In this document: piece after piece, positions 18,669 through 28,892 of the stretch
How positions within the stretch are numbered: the first letter of the stretch is position 1
Layout of the letters: each line of letters begins with the position of its first letter
IMG/VR virus record: IMGVR_UViG_3300017992_000452
Coordinates: 1,400 to 65,399 of that record
Strand: one strand, 5' to 3'
Source of the DNA: a virus
Taxonomy: Duplodnaviria > Caudoviricetes
Length of the DNA: 64,000 nucleotides
Notes under the pieces: model-generated
What the model was told of the DNA's origin: nothing
The model's input: the letters and a program-made list of their open reading frames with translations, nothing else
Databases searched by the model: none
Made by a program: the position numbers and the translations under genes

Positions 18669-19718
18669 TTGACGAATTCAAACGTAAGATCAGCCGCAAA
18701 TTCACTGCGGGCACATTTAAAAGAACCGACCACATACGCGCAGCAGATTGCGGACGAATTGGTCGAATATCTGAACGAATGGCACTCGCTGCCGGAGACG
18801 TGGGATAACGCCCTGGACGCGCAGATTCATAAATGGTACGCCAACGCTCCGAAAGTCTTTCCGAAGAAGCCGTATTTCTCGCCGTCATCTGCTAACGCTT
18901 GCCCTCGCGAGCTTTATCACAAGGCGATCGGTTCTCCGAGAGACGAAACGAAGAAGCCTCCGTATCAAGGACGATGGACTCGAATCGGTACGGCGATTGG
19001 GGACGTAATCCAGCGCGACATTCTCTTCATGGAGAAACATTTCGAGAAGAAGACCGGTCGCCCCTGTCCGTTCAGCTTCGAAAAGAACGAAGACGGAACG
19101 CCAATGTTCGAGGACTTCGCGAAAAGGAATCATCCGGTCACACATCGCGGCTACTCGTTCAATCTATACGGAACATGCGACGGCATCATGCGCTACGTAA
19201 CGGAAGATGGCGAAGTGCTGCGCGTTGGACTCGAAATTAAATCGAAGCAGACGACCGCCGCAAAGACGTCAGTCCATTCGATGCGACAGCCGGAAGAAAA
19301 GCACGTCAAGCAATGCGTCGCTTACGGTCCGATGTACGGTGTCGACCTTTACGTCATCCTCTACGTGAACGCGGCTAAGAAATCGTGGGTGTATCCGGAA
19401 GGTGAATTCGAAAAGTCGCCGGACATGCGGGCGTTCGGCATCGAAATTACGGAGGAAGACGTCGAGCAGCTATTCGATAGATTCGTAGAAATACGTAAGT
19501 CTGTCGAAGAAGGAACTCCTTTACCGTTGGATTTGAACGGATGGACGTTTAACGGATACAAGACGGCGATTGCGAAGTCGCTGACGGACGAAGAATTGGC
19601 GGAGATTCGCGCAAAAGTCGCACAAGTGCGGAGATCGAACGTCTATGAATCTACGAAACGGCAGTACGTTGAGGCGCTCGAATTTATCGAAAGAGTTCGC
19701 GAAAGGGAGGCGGAATGA
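18669..19718 (+). CDS. PD-(D/E)XK (Cas4/YqaJ-like) exonuclease
   Basis: SPSS..CPR, GTAIG, GTCDG, LEIKS, QCVAY. Confidence 0.75.
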   Translation: MTNSNVRSAANSLRAHLKEPTTYAQQIADELVEYLNEWHSLPETWDNALDAQIHKWYANAPKVFPKKPYFSPSSANACPRELYHKAIGSPRDETKKPPYQGRWTRIGTAIGDVIQRDILFMEKHFEKKTGRPCPFSFEKNEDGTPMFEDFAKRNHPVTHRGYSFNLYGTCDGIMRYVTEDGEVLRVGLEIKSKQTTAAKTSVHSMRQPEEKHVKQCVAYGPMYGVDLYVILYVNAAKKSWVYPEGEFEKSPDMRAFGIEITEEDVEQLFDRFVEIRKSVEEGTPLPLDLNGWTFNGYKTAIAKSLTDEELAEIRAKVAQVRRSNVYESTKRQYVEALEFIERVREREAE

Positions 19719-19915
19719 TGGTGAAATATCTCATTTTAGAAACTGACGAAATGGACTTTAAAATTGTTGATTCGGAACAAGAGGCGAATGAAGCGTACGA
19801 AAGATATGTACGATACGCGGTCGAAAATGGCCTAGGCGATGGGGAAGTTATCTTTGCGGAAATTAAAAAATCTACGGATGTTGAATCTATTGTCAAGGCG
19901 GCATTGGATGAGTAG
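19715..19915 (+). CDS. Hypothetical acidic protein
   Basis: Coupled ORF with RBS. Confidence 0.6.
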   Translation: MMVKYLILETDEMDFKIVDSEQEANEAYERYVRYAVENGLGDGEVIFAEIKKSTDVESIVKAALDE

Positions 19916-20426
19916 GTCCGTAGCGATCCGGGTCCTCGGCCTTGACCTTTCGTTAACATCGCCGGGATTCGCAATCATCGAAGCAAAGGGAGGAAAGGCT
20001 CGCCTCATAAAATCCGCCAACTTTAAAACGTCCGCATCAACCGATCAGCCATTGCGCTATGAGGAGATCGAAGCGTTTGCGTTATTATTTGCGCGCGACA
20101 ATCAGCCGTTCGATGTGATCGTTCGGGAGATATGGCCGCCAAGCCGTAACTATGCGCAGAACAATAAGATTCACGGAACATGGTCGTCGATCGAGCGGGC
20201 GCTGCACCGATACGGATACGATATCGACGTCCATGTGACGCCCGCCAACGTTAAGAAGACGGTCACCGGAAACGGAAACGCCAAGAAGCCACAAGTTGCC
20301 GAGAGTGTGCGCGAATGGCTCGGGTTGCCGGACGACCACAAATTCGCAACGGACGATCATAGCGATGCCTGTGCGGTAGCGCTGACGTATCTGATTCGCG
20401 AGAAGATTATAAAACCGAAGGAGTGA
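19908..20426 (+). CDS. ruvC: RuvC-like Holliday junction resolvase
   Basis: VLGLDLS, IVRE, VKKTVTGNGNAKK, DDHSDA. Confidence 0.85.
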   Translation: MSRSVAIRVLGLDLSLTSPGFAIIEAKGGKARLIKSANFKTSASTDQPLRYEEIEAFALLFARDNQPFDVIVREIWPPSRNYAQNNKIHGTWSSIERALHRYGYDIDVHVTPANVKKTVTGNGNAKKPQVAESVREWLGLPDDHKFATDDHSDACAVALTYLIREKIIKPKE

Positions 20427-20701
20427 TTCGAATGTTTAAGCAGCGACTTATCGGAGCATTAGCGTATTTGATTGCGCTCACCTTATTACTCGGTCTGTTT
20501 TCTGCGGGATGCCTGACCGGTTACGTCATCGTGACGGCGCTGTTATCGGTCCCGGCGGTCGGAACAGTCGTTAAAGTCGGAATCACAGTCGCAGTGGTTT
20601 TCATGGTAACCGCGTTACTCGCCGGATTAGCTGACCGACTGCGCAGCGCTTACCGCGAACATAAACGCGTTCAAAAGGACGTAGAGGAGGAAACGCAATG
20701 A
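20423..20701 (+). CDS. Membrane protein, 2 TM
   Basis: Hydrophobic segments. Confidence 0.65.
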   Translation: MIRMFKQRLIGALAYLIALTLLLGLFSAGCLTGYVIVTALLSVPAVGTVVKVGITVAVVFMVTALLAGLADRLRSAYREHKRVQKDVEEETQ

Positions 20702-20898
20702 CATACGAATGCTACGGCGTCCCGGCCGCACAGTTGCGGCAGTCCTTGCGGTGGCTTGAAGAACAACTTACCGATGTTGATTACGCAATTAGCCGGCACA
20801 ATACGAAGCTAATCGAGTTGGAAATCGAGCGTGACCGGATTCTGGCGCAAAGAGCCGAAATAGAGGCGGAATTAAAACGGAAGGAGTCGGTCGGATGA
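20698..20898 (+). CDS. Coiled-coil hypothetical protein
   Basis: GAGGAGG RBS. Confidence 0.65.
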   Translation: MTYECYGVPAAQLRQSLRWLEEQLTDVDYAISRHNTKLIELEIERDRILAQRAEIEAELKRKESVG

Positions 20899-21044
20899 CA
20901 TACGTTGCGATAGCGTGCCTATTACTTTTTACGATGCTGGCACTCGTAGAGGAAACGAAAACAAAAGCGGAAAGGCTTGCGAAAATTATCGTCCTAATTA
21001 TGTACGCGATTCCTATCGGAGTGTTGGTGGCGTCGTTATGCTAA
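20895..21044 (+). CDS. 49-aa membrane peptide (not in ORF track)
   Basis: AAGGAG RBS; MTYVAIACLLLFTMLALVEE...VASLC. Confidence 0.55.
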   Translation: MTYVAIACLLLFTMLALVEETKTKAERLAKIIVLIMYAIPIGVLVASLC

Positions 21045-21394
21045 TCGCCTACTACTCGCTGGCCGGAAACGTCCGCCGATTCGTAGCCAAGACGGGCCTG
21101 CCTGCGGTCGAGATCAAGGCGGATATGTTCTTAACGGAGCCGTTCGTCTTGGTAACGGGAACTTACGGATTCGGCCAGGTCGCCGGCACCGTTTGGGATT
21201 TCCTCGCGGATAATGGCGATTTAATGGCGGGAGTGGCTGCGTCGGGGAACAAGACCTGGGGGAGTAACTACGCCAAGGCGGCCGATCTGATTGCGGAAGA
21301 ATACGGAGTGCCGATCGTTCACAAGTTCGAGTTGGCGGGGACGACGGAAGATATACGGATATTTATGGAAAGGATGAGGGCTATTGACGAATAA
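21038..21394 (+). CDS. nrdI: Class Ib RNR flavodoxin NrdI
   Basis: YYSLAGNVRRFV, TYGFG, SGNKTWG, KFELAG. Confidence 0.92.
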   Translation: MLIAYYSLAGNVRRFVAKTGLPAVEIKADMFLTEPFVLVTGTYGFGQVAGTVWDFLADNGDLMAGVAASGNKTWGSNYAKAADLIAEEYGVPIVHKFELAGTTEDIRIFMERMRAIDE

Positions 21395-22169
21395 GCACGC
21401 GAAGTATATCGAACTTAATAACGAAATTATGATACGGAAGAACGGCGGCTTTCAATTCGAAAAGGATGCCGAAGCCGTCCGTAGTTATTTCATAGATTAC
21501 GTGAATCAGAATACGGTATTTTTCCACGATCTGCGCGAAAAGCTCGACTATCTGATCGAGAACGATTACTACGAACGCGAGGTCTTCGAGCCGTATACGT
21601 TCGACGAGATCAAAGCCGTCTACAAGGCGGCTTATGCGAAAAAGTTCCGATTTCCTTCGTTCATGAGTGCGTTTAAGTTTTACAACGATTACGCGCTCAA
21701 GACGAACGATAAGAAGAAGATCCTCGAACGGTACGAAGACCGGATCGCCATCTGTGCGCTATTCTTCGCGAAAGGAGACGCAGCCAAGGCGGTCGAGTTT
21801 GCGGAAATGATGATCCGGCAGGAATATCAACCGGCCACGCCGACGTTCTTAAATGCCGGACGGAAGCGACGCGGCGAACTCGTATCGTGCTTCCTTCTCG
21901 AAGTAGGCGACTCGCTAAACGATATCAGTCGCGCGGTCGACATGGCGATGCAGCTTTCGAAACTTGGCGGTGGGGTGTCGTTGTCTCTATCGAAAATCAG
22001 GGCGAAAGGCGAGTCGATCAAGGGCGTTGAGAATTCGACGAAGGGCGTCGTCGGCGTCATGAAGCTGCTCGATAATGCCTTCCGGTATGCGGATCAGATG
22101 GGCCAGCGGCAGGGAGCCGGCGCAGCGTATCTTAACGTATTTCATGCGGACATTGATGCTTTTCTCGAT
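21384..22169 (+). CDS. nrdE: NrdE exon 1 (class Ib RNR alpha subunit)
   Basis: QPATPTFLNAG, VSCFLL, QMGQRQGAG; ends ...AFLD. Confidence 0.95.
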
Positions 22170-23118
22170 TAATTGGTAGTCGCCTATCCAAGCGATTGGG
22201 TAGTGAAAACCTTGTGAACGCACGCAAAAGCGGTGTCCTCATTCGAGGGCTAACGGGGAAACCTCAGCGCGTAGTGGCGGTGGCAATCCCGTGCCAAGCC
22301 GAGCACAAAAGGAGGTGAAATCGTGGAGGCTGTATACAGAATTATTAATTCAAAGAACGGAAGGTATTACATCGGAAGTAGTTTAGACTACAAAAAAAGA
22401 AAAAGAGATCACTTCAACTTATTAAAGAGAGGGAATCACCACAATAAACCAATGCAAGAGGATTATAACATTTATGGTGCTGAATCCTTTAAATTCGAGG
22501 TTCTAAAACTCTTTAACGGAATAGACAGAAACGCATTATTTGATATTGAGCAGGAGTTTATTTCTAAATCTAACGAATCGATGAGATATAACCTATACGA
22601 TAATGCTTTTGGGATGTCTTATAGAGGTAAAGATAACCCAATGTTCGGCAAAACACATAGCGAAGAAATTAGACAAAAGTTGTCTGAAATAAATTCGGGA
22701 GAGAATAACCCGTGGTACGGAAATTCAGACCATATGAAAATGATGAGAAGCAGGATTACAAAACGATTTGACGGCAGAAAGCACACTGAAGAAACCAAGT
22801 TGAAAATGTCTGTTGCGCATATGGGGAGAGAGAAGACAGAGTCAGAGCGCCGTAAACTTAGATTAAATAATGGTAATAATGTCGGGATCTTTATAGATGG
22901 ACTGTTTTATCGTTCGATGGCGGAGGCCAGTAGACAATTAGGAATAAGTAGAACGACTATAACAAGTCGAGTGAATAATCCAAGATTCAAAAACTATTAC
23001 AGGTGCTCGGAAGGTGTAGAGACTAATAGTAAGCCGGAGATTAGCGCCGGTTGAAGCGCAAGGCATCTCTAGTAGATGAAGATATAGTCCAGTCCTTGTA
23101 GAAATGCAAGGGTAACTG
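22170..23118 (+). mobile_element. Group I intron 1 in nrdE
   Basis: Exon ends in U, intron ends in G; TTGGTAGTCG pairs with both exons; AAGATATAGTCC core element; splicing restores FLD|TKKISADED. Confidence 0.92.
22323..23054 (+). CDS. Intron-encoded GIY-YIG homing endonuclease with NUMOD3 motifs
   Basis: AVYRI...YYIGSS, NPMFGKTHSEE, HTEETKLKMS; AAGGAGGTG RBS. Confidence 0.88.
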   Translation: MEAVYRIINSKNGRYYIGSSLDYKKRKRDHFNLLKRGNHHNKPMQEDYNIYGAESFKFEVLKLFNGIDRNALFDIEQEFISKSNESMRYNLYDNAFGMSYRGKDNPMFGKTHSEEIRQKLSEINSGENNPWYGNSDHMKMMRSRITKRFDGRKHTEETKLKMSVAHMGREKTESERRKLRLNNGNNVGIFIDGLFYRSMAEASRQLGISRTTITSRVNNPRFKNYYRCSEGVETNSKPEISAG

Positions 23119-23475
23119 ACCAAAAAAATATCAGCAGATGAAGACGTAAGGGTCAAAACGTTATCGATCGGCGTCGTCATCCCGGATAAATTCATCGAAT
23201 TGGCTCGCGAAGACCGGGACGCATACGTTTTCTACCCGCACACGGTCTATACGGAATACGGCACGCATCTTGACGAAATGGATATCGGAGAAATGTACGA
23301 CAAACTCGTCGAGAATCCGAACGTACGCAAAGACAAGATTAATCCGCGGCAGCTGCTCGAAAAGCTTGCGATTCTGCGGTCCGAATCGGGGTATCCGTAC
23401 ATCATGTTCGAAGATAACGTAAACGCGGCTCATGCGCTGAATCACATTTCGAAGGTTAAATTTTCGAATCTGTGT
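23119..23475 (+). CDS. nrdE: NrdE exon 2
   Basis: TKKISADEDVRVKTLSIG...ESGYPYIMF...FSNLC. Confidence 0.93.
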
Positions 23476-24350
23476 TAACTGTAGCACCTTCGGTCAGTAA
23501 TGGCCGTAGCAAACCCGCCTAAACGGTGAAACTCTTTAAAAGACAATACCGTGCTAAATCTTCGTCGCAGGAGAGAGGAACGGTTGAGATAAGATACGGA
23601 TTCATTTATATAACCGTAAATAAAAAGAACAACATGCGGTATGTAGGTAAATGCGTGTACGGAAGGATAAACTCTTGGGAAAAATATCTCGGAAGTGGCG
23701 TGTACTTAAAGAGGGCTATTAAAAAGCATGGCAAAGAAAACTTTTTTCGAATAATCATTGATGAAGCTGATTCTGAACAAGAGCTGCGCGAAATAGAAGA
23801 GTATTACATTGATATGTTTGACGCGGTCAATAGCAGTGACTTTTACAATTTAAAAGAAACCTCGATCGGCGGAGATACTTTTACTAGTCACCCAGAAAAA
23901 GAGAGAATCAGAAAACTAAAAAGCTTTAATGCGAGCGGACCAAGGAATCCGATGTACGGAGTACCAAAGACTGAGGCGATGCTCGAAGCAACAAGAAAAG
24001 CGAATAGTAAGCCGGTAGAGATAGACGGCGAAATCTATAGAAGCTCTACTGAGTACGGCAAACTATTCGGAATTGGAGTTACAACGGTTATTTACCGTTT
24101 AAACTCACCTAACTATCCGAATTATAAACGAATCGGGTAACGAGGTCAAATACAAACCTGCGACGAAGTAAATGCCGAACGACTATCGAAACCACGCGAA
24201 AGCGGAAGGGAGTAGAGTACACCGTAAGCCTATGACGGTGGAAACGGCGGGCGGCCCATTGGGTCGGTGATATAGTCTATTCTTGCGGGTGACCGTAAGC
24301 AGTTCATAAGAGAACGGGCGAGGGTGTTGCGACCCTCGTCGAATGTAAAG
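23476..24350 (+). mobile_element. Group I intron 2 in nrdE, directly after the catalytic Cys codon
   Basis: Exon ends TGT, intron ends G; GACTATCG and GATATAGTCT core elements; splicing restores SNLC|SEVLQ. Confidence 0.9.
23526..24140 (+). CDS. Intron-encoded GIY-YIG homing endonuclease; start uncertain, possibly inactivated
   Basis: GFIY...YVGK, YLGSG, NPMYG; no canonical in-frame start after the RBS. Confidence 0.75.
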   Translation: MKLFKRQYRAKSSSQERGTVEIRYGFIYITVNKKNNMRYVGKCVYGRINSWEKYLGSGVYLKRAIKKHGKENFFRIIIDEADSEQELREIEEYYIDMFDAVNSSDFYNLKETSIGGDTFTSHPEKERIRKLKSFNASGPRNPMYGVPKTEAMLEATRKANSKPVEIDGEIYRSSTEYGKLFGIGVTTVIYRLNSPNYPNYKRIG

Positions 24351-25313
24351 TCAGAAGTGCTTCAGGCGTCCAAAGTGTCGGAGTACACAGACTACGGAGA
24401 AGAGGACGTAATCGGCCTCGATATTTCGTGCAATCTCGGATCGCTGAACATTGCGAACGTCATGGCGAATAAGTCGATCGAGCAAACGGTGAAGCTCGCA
24501 GTTGATGCGCTGACGATCGTATCGGAATCAACGAATATCAAGAACGCGCCGGCAGTCGCTAAGGCTAACCGTCAGATGCGTTCGATCGGACTTGGCGCGA
24601 TGAATCTACACGGATATCTTGCGCAAAATGGGATCGCCTATGAGTCGGAAGAGGCGCGGGACTTCGCTAACGTATTCTTTGCGCTCGTCAATTATTGGTC
24701 GCTTGTGAGATCGATGGAGCTTGCGAAAGAAACCGGCAGTACATTCGAGGGCTTCGAAGGGTCAACGTATGCGGATGGTAGCTACTTCAGAGATTACTAC
24801 GACTATGAAACGGAATTCCTTCCGCAGACAGAGCGCGTGTCTAAGCTTTTCGAAGGTTTTTATTTACCACATCCATACGACTGGAAGATGCTTTCGAAGA
24901 ACATACGGAAATACGGACTATACCATTCATACAGACTTGCGATCGCCCCGACGGGTTCTATTTCGTACGTTCAGTCGGCTACTGCGTCAGTCATGCCGAT
25001 TATGGAGCGCATTGAGGAGCGTACGTATGGTAATTCGAAGACGTATTATCCTATGCCGGGGCTTAGCGCGAAAAATTGGTTCTTCTATAAGGAAGCGTAC
25101 GACATGGATATGTTTAAAGTCGTCGATATGATCGCGACAATTCAGCAGCACGTCGATCAAGGCATCTCATTTACGTTGTTCTTAAAGGATACGATGACGA
25201 CACGCGATCTGAACCGAATTGACCTATACGCGCATCACAAAGGGATCAAGACGTTGTACTATGCGCGAACAAAGGATACGGGGCAAGAAGGCTGCTTGTC
25301 GTGCGTGGTTTAA
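24351..25313 (+). CDS. nrdE: NrdE exon 3
   Basis: SEVLQ, CNLGS, APTGSIS, KTLYY, C-terminal CLSCVV. Confidence 0.95.
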   Translation, partial: SEVLQASKVSEYTDYGEEDVIGLDISCNLGSLNIANVMANKSIEQTVKLAVDALTIVSESTNIKNAPAVAKANRQMRSIGLGAMNLHGYLAQNGIAYESEEARDFANVFFALVNYWSLVRSMELAKETGSTFEGFEGSTYADGSYFRDYYDYETEFLPQTERVSKLFEGFYLPHPYDWKMLSKNIRKYGLYHSYRLAIAPTGSISYVQSATASVMPIMERIEERTYGNSKTYYPMPGLSAKNWFFYKEAYDMDMFKVVDMIATIQQHVDQGISFTLFLKDTMTTRDLNRIDLYAHHKGIKTLYYARTKDTGQEGCLSCVV

Positions 25314-25335
25314 ACGGAGAGGAGGTTTTAATGAA

Positions 25336-25557
25336 GTGTATCAAATCTATGCCTGTTTCTTAAACGGAAAGTTTTATGGTGCCGGAGATCTTGAATATAT
25401 GCACGAACTTTTTCGCGATTACGTTGTCTACTGCGAGATGTACGGAAGAGATGACTGTACTTTTAGGGTTACCACAAAAGAGAAAGCGAGAGAGTTAATG
25501 ATAAAAGAATCGATTAAAAATAATTACAAGGCACTAGAGAGAATGGAGGACGAATAA
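25336..25557 (+). CDS. Hypothetical protein between nrdE and nrdF
   Basis: GGAGG RBS; GTG start MYQIYACFLNGKFYG. Confidence 0.6.
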   Translation: MYQIYACFLNGKFYGAGDLEYMHELFRDYVVYCEMYGRDDCTFRVTTKEKARELMIKESIKNNYKALERMEDE

Positions 25558-26526
25558 TTGACGCAATATACAGCGGCCAACTGGTCGCAACACGAAGACG
25601 GATTCACGCAGATGTTTTACGAACAGAACGTTAAGCAGTTTTGGCTTCCGGAAGAGATTTCGCTGAATGGCGACCTCCTAACGTGGAAGTATCTCGGAGC
25701 CAACGAACAGGATACGTATATGAAAGTTCTCGCGGGGTTGACGCTTCTGGACACGGAGCAAGGTAACGAAGGTATGCCGCTAATTGCCGCCCAGGTATCC
25801 GGCCACCAACGAAAAGCCGTGCTGAATTTTATGGCGATGATGGAGAACGCAGTCCATGCGAAATCATATTCGAACATCTTCATGACGCTTGCGCCAGCGG
25901 AGAAAATAACGGAACTGTTCGAATGGGTAAAGACGAATCGATACCTGCAGCGTAAGGCCGAAATCATTGGCGGACTGTATAACGCGATTGAGGCTGGCGA
26001 TGATATTTCGTTATACAAGGCGATGGTTGCATCGGTTTATCTCGAAAGTTTCCTTTTCTACAGCGGCTTTTATTATCCGTTATATTTCTACGGGCAAGGT
26101 AAGCTGATGAACAGCGGCGAGATACTTAATCTCATTATCCGCGACGAGGCGATCCACGGCGTCTATGTCGGCTTACTCGCGCAGGAAATTTACAACCGCC
26201 AGTCACCGGCTGTTCAGATCGAATTGCGCGACTTTGCCGTCGAATTGCTTGCGGAACTCTACGAGAATGAGGCCGCGTACACCGAGGATATTTACGATCA
26301 GGTCGGACTGACTCACGACGTTAAGAAGTTCGTTCGATACAACGGAAACAAGGCGCTGGCTAACCTCGGATTTGATCCGTATTTCGAAGATGAAACGGTA
26401 AATCCGATCGTGCTGAACGGGCTGAGTACGAAGACAAAATCGATGGACTTCTTCAGTCAAAAGGGCAACGGATATAAGAAGGCGACTGCTGAAGCGCTTC
26501 AGGATGACGATTTCTACTTCGAATAA
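25558..26526 (+). CDS. nrdF: Class Ib RNR beta subunit, no intron
   Basis: [31 protein letters not shown]. Confidence 0.96.
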   Translation: MTQYTAANWSQHEDGFTQMFYEQNVKQFWLPEEISLNGDLLTWKYLGANEQDTYMKVLAGLTLLDTEQGNEGMPLIAAQVSGHQRKAVLNFMAMMENAVHAKSYSNIFMTLAPAEKITELFEWVKTNRYLQRKAEIIGGLYNAIEAGDDISLYKAMVASVYLESFLFYSGFYYPLYFYGQGKLMNSGEILNLIIRDEAIHGVYVGLLAQEIYNRQSPAVQIELRDFAVELLAELYENEAAYTEDIYDQVGLTHDVKKFVRYNGNKALANLGFDPYFEDETVNPIVLNGLSTKTKSMDFFSQKGNGYKKATAEALQDDDFYFE

Positions 26527-26575
26527 CGTCCATTAACGAAAGTATATACGCAACTATTAACGAGGAGGTTTTCGT

Positions 26576-27103
26576 ATGAACGTAAATATTAAACGCTTGT
26601 CACCAGATGCACAAATTCCGCAATATGCTCACGCTTCAGACGCCTGCTTCGACCTGGTTTCGGCAGAAGAGGTCGTTATCGAGCCGGGAGAAACCGCGCT
26701 AGTCAAAACGGGGCTATCGTTCGAGATTCCGGAAGGCTACGAAATGCAGATCCGGCCGCGATCCGGCATTACGCTAAAGACGAAGCTTCGCGTTCAGCTC
26801 GGTACAGTTGACGCGGGCTATCGGGGAGAAGTCGGAGTGATTGTCGATAATATTGCACATAGGTCTATTTGGAAAAAAATTCTTACGCACCTTCCTTTAA
26901 ATCTACAAAACGAACGAGGCGGCCAAGAAACGAATAGGTCGTATTATTATGGAACGTATCTCATCCGCAAAGGAGATCGCATCGCCCAGGCCGTAATTAA
27001 GCCGATCGAGCAGGCGGCATTTAAGGAAGTGACCGAGTTGGGCGATAGTGATCGAGGCGCGGGTGGCTTCGGGAGTAGTGGGGTGAGTCGTGCACATGGA
27101 TAA
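26576..27103 (+). CDS. dut: dUTPase
   Basis: ACFDL, RPRSG, GTVDAGYRGE, RIAQ, RGAGGFGSSG. Confidence 0.95.
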   Translation: MNVNIKRLSPDAQIPQYAHASDACFDLVSAEEVVIEPGETALVKTGLSFEIPEGYEMQIRPRSGITLKTKLRVQLGTVDAGYRGEVGVIVDNIAHRSIWKKILTHLPLNLQNERGGQETNRSYYYGTYLIRKGDRIAQAVIKPIEQAAFKEVTELGDSDRGAGGFGSSGVSRAHG

Positions 27104-27278
27104 AAATAACTATAAACCGGCAGTTCCTCGATGGGTTGGCGATATTCTTCTAAAACAGAAAAACCAAGATCCATTCGCTACGCACGGAGAAACGAAAAGG
27201 TGGGACGAGTGGAAGCGTAGATATTCAAGAAAATTAAAGTACGCAAGATTAAACGGATGGACGATCGAAGAAGAGTAA
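27090..27278 (+). CDS. Small hypothetical protein
   Basis: Coupled ORF. Confidence 0.55.
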   Translation: MHMDKNNYKPAVPRWVGDILLKQKNQDPFATHGETKRWDEWKRRYSRKLKYARLNGWTIEEE

Positions 27279-27303
27279 CGATTTTTAAGGAGGAGCGGAT
27301 ATA

Positions 27304-28125
27304 ATGGCGGAAACCAAAATGAACGTACAGCTGATCGCGCATACACAGCTAAGCGATGAATTTTTCGATAGTTTTGACGAACTAGACAACGTAGGAAACT
27401 ACGACCACAACTTCATTAATTCGTTGGACACGACGGACGGCCAAGCCGTCGCCCTAACCGCAATTAGAACGTGCTATAGCTCCAACAAACCGTCTGAAAT
27501 CGTCGCAAAGGAAGGCGGCAAGTATTTCGGCTCCAAAGCGTCAGATGGCGGCGTAGGCACGGACGCCGACCGCCTATTCCGAATGATCGTCCGGTCCGGC
27601 CACACGTCGACGCTTGAGCATATATCGTTCACCTTTGCGATTGAAGGCGTAAGCCGGGCGTTATTGGCGCAACTTACACGCCACAGAGTCGGCTTTAGCT
27701 TCAGCGTCCAGTCACAGCGCTATGTGCGGATGGGGAGTGGCGATAGATCGGGCGGGTTCGATTTCGTTATGCCCGATACTGTTAAAAACAACGAAAAGGA
27801 AACGCCATTTTATAACGTTGCTGAATCGAGAGTAACTGACCATAGTGCGGAAGAAATATTCGAAACTGCGATGATATCTGCGCAAGAATATTACGATGCT
27901 TTAAGGAGTGCAGGTGTAGCTGCCGAAGACGCTCGCGCCGTCCTCCCGCAAGCAGCCGCAACTAATCTCGTAATGACTGCGAATCTACGATCTCTTCTCG
28001 AATTCTATTCGAAACGGAAGCCGGGCAAGGGTGCGCAAAAGGAGATCGCTGACCTAGCGGAAGCTCTACGCCAGGAAGTCGTTAATGTAGAGCCGTGGAC
28101 CGCGCAATTCTTCGAGGAGGTATAA
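27304..28125 (+). CDS. thyX: FAD-dependent thymidylate synthase
   Basis: GHTSTLEH, QLTRHR, SQRY, EDARAVLP, AQKEI. Confidence 0.95.
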   Translation: MAETKMNVQLIAHTQLSDEFFDSFDELDNVGNYDHNFINSLDTTDGQAVALTAIRTCYSSNKPSEIVAKEGGKYFGSKASDGGVGTDADRLFRMIVRSGHTSTLEHISFTFAIEGVSRALLAQLTRHRVGFSFSVQSQRYVRMGSGDRSGGFDFVMPDTVKNNEKETPFYNVAESRVTDHSAEEIFETAMISAQEYYDALRSAGVAAEDARAVLPQAAATNLVMTANLRSLLEFYSKRKPGKGAQKEIADLAEALRQEVVNVEPWTAQFFEEV

Positions 28126-28127
28126 GC

Positions 28128-28682
28128 ATCGGTATCCTAACGAATTTCACGCTAACAGCGCAGCTATTCTCCGGCCACTGTCCGGCAGATCAGCCGCCAG
28201 AACCGCCAAGGATAACGCCAGAGCAGGCCGCCATCCAATCGGCTGAATCACGCAACAGAGAATTAACGAAAGAGCTAACGAAAAAGAATGCACGGATACA
28301 GGCGCTTGAGGACGAAATCAAGGCGCTGAAGCAGCCGAAGAAACCGACGCCGACCGCAACTAAAACGTCAGCATGGCGGACTTTTACCGCGACAGCATAC
28401 ACCGCCTTTTGTTCGGAAGGCTGCACCGGAATCACCAAAACGGGAGTCGACGTCAGCCATTCGATCTATTACGAAGGAGCGCGCGTCATAGCGGTCGATC
28501 CGTCTGTGATTGCGCTTGGCTCTACGGTTGAAGTCCGGCTCGCTGACGGTTCGAGTTTTCGGGCGAAGGCGATTGACGTTGGCGGTGCGATTAAAGGCGC
28601 ACGGCTCGATCTATTGGTCGCGAATGAGTCAGACGCGGTTCAGTTCGGCCGGCAGTCGGTAGAATTGCGGGTTATTAAATAA
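28128..28682 (+). CDS. 3D-domain cell-wall protein with coiled coil; likely ATC start
   Basis: TATAY, IAVDPSVIALGS, DVGGAIKG, LDL. Confidence 0.8.
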   Translation: MGILTNFTLTAQLFSGHCPADQPPEPPRITPEQAAIQSAESRNRELTKELTKKNARIQALEDEIKALKQPKKPTPTATKTSAWRTFTATAYTAFCSEGCTGITKTGVDVSHSIYYEGARVIAVDPSVIALGSTVEVRLADGSSFRAKAIDVGGAIKGARLDLLVANESDAVQFGRQSVELRVIK

Positions 28683-28697
28683 CGGGAGGGCGATCGA

Positions 28698-28892
28698 ATG
28701 AAAGAAATTCCAGAATTATACGTTTTGGCAACCGTTGATGAAAACGGCAATGTGATCGATTATCCAAAAGGCGGTGGAAGTTCTACGGCCCCACGTATTA
28801 AAGCGTATGACAGTTTGGCGAGTGCTAAAAGAGGCGCGAAACATCACCGCGGCAAGGTTATGCGGGTTGTTGCGCTAGAGGAGGCGGAATAA
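28698..28892 (+). CDS. Hypothetical protein
   Basis: GGGAGG RBS. Confidence 0.6.
   Translation: MKEIPELYVLATVDENGNVIDYPKGGGSSTAPRIKAYDSLASAKRGAKHHRGKVMRVVALEEAE

Noticed and set aside
18669-19718. Cas4 as evidence for CRISPR-Cas
   Set aside because: Solo PD-(D/E)XK nuclease in a replication module; no array or other cas genes
20915-21037. N-terminal extension of NrdI in the ORF track
   Set aside because: Overlaps a 49-aa membrane ORF with an RBS; NrdI homology begins at ATG 21038
21384-23478. nrdE as a fragmented pseudogene or intein host
   Set aside because: Stops coincide with group I intron 5' ends, splicing restores conserved motifs, and no intein motifs were seen
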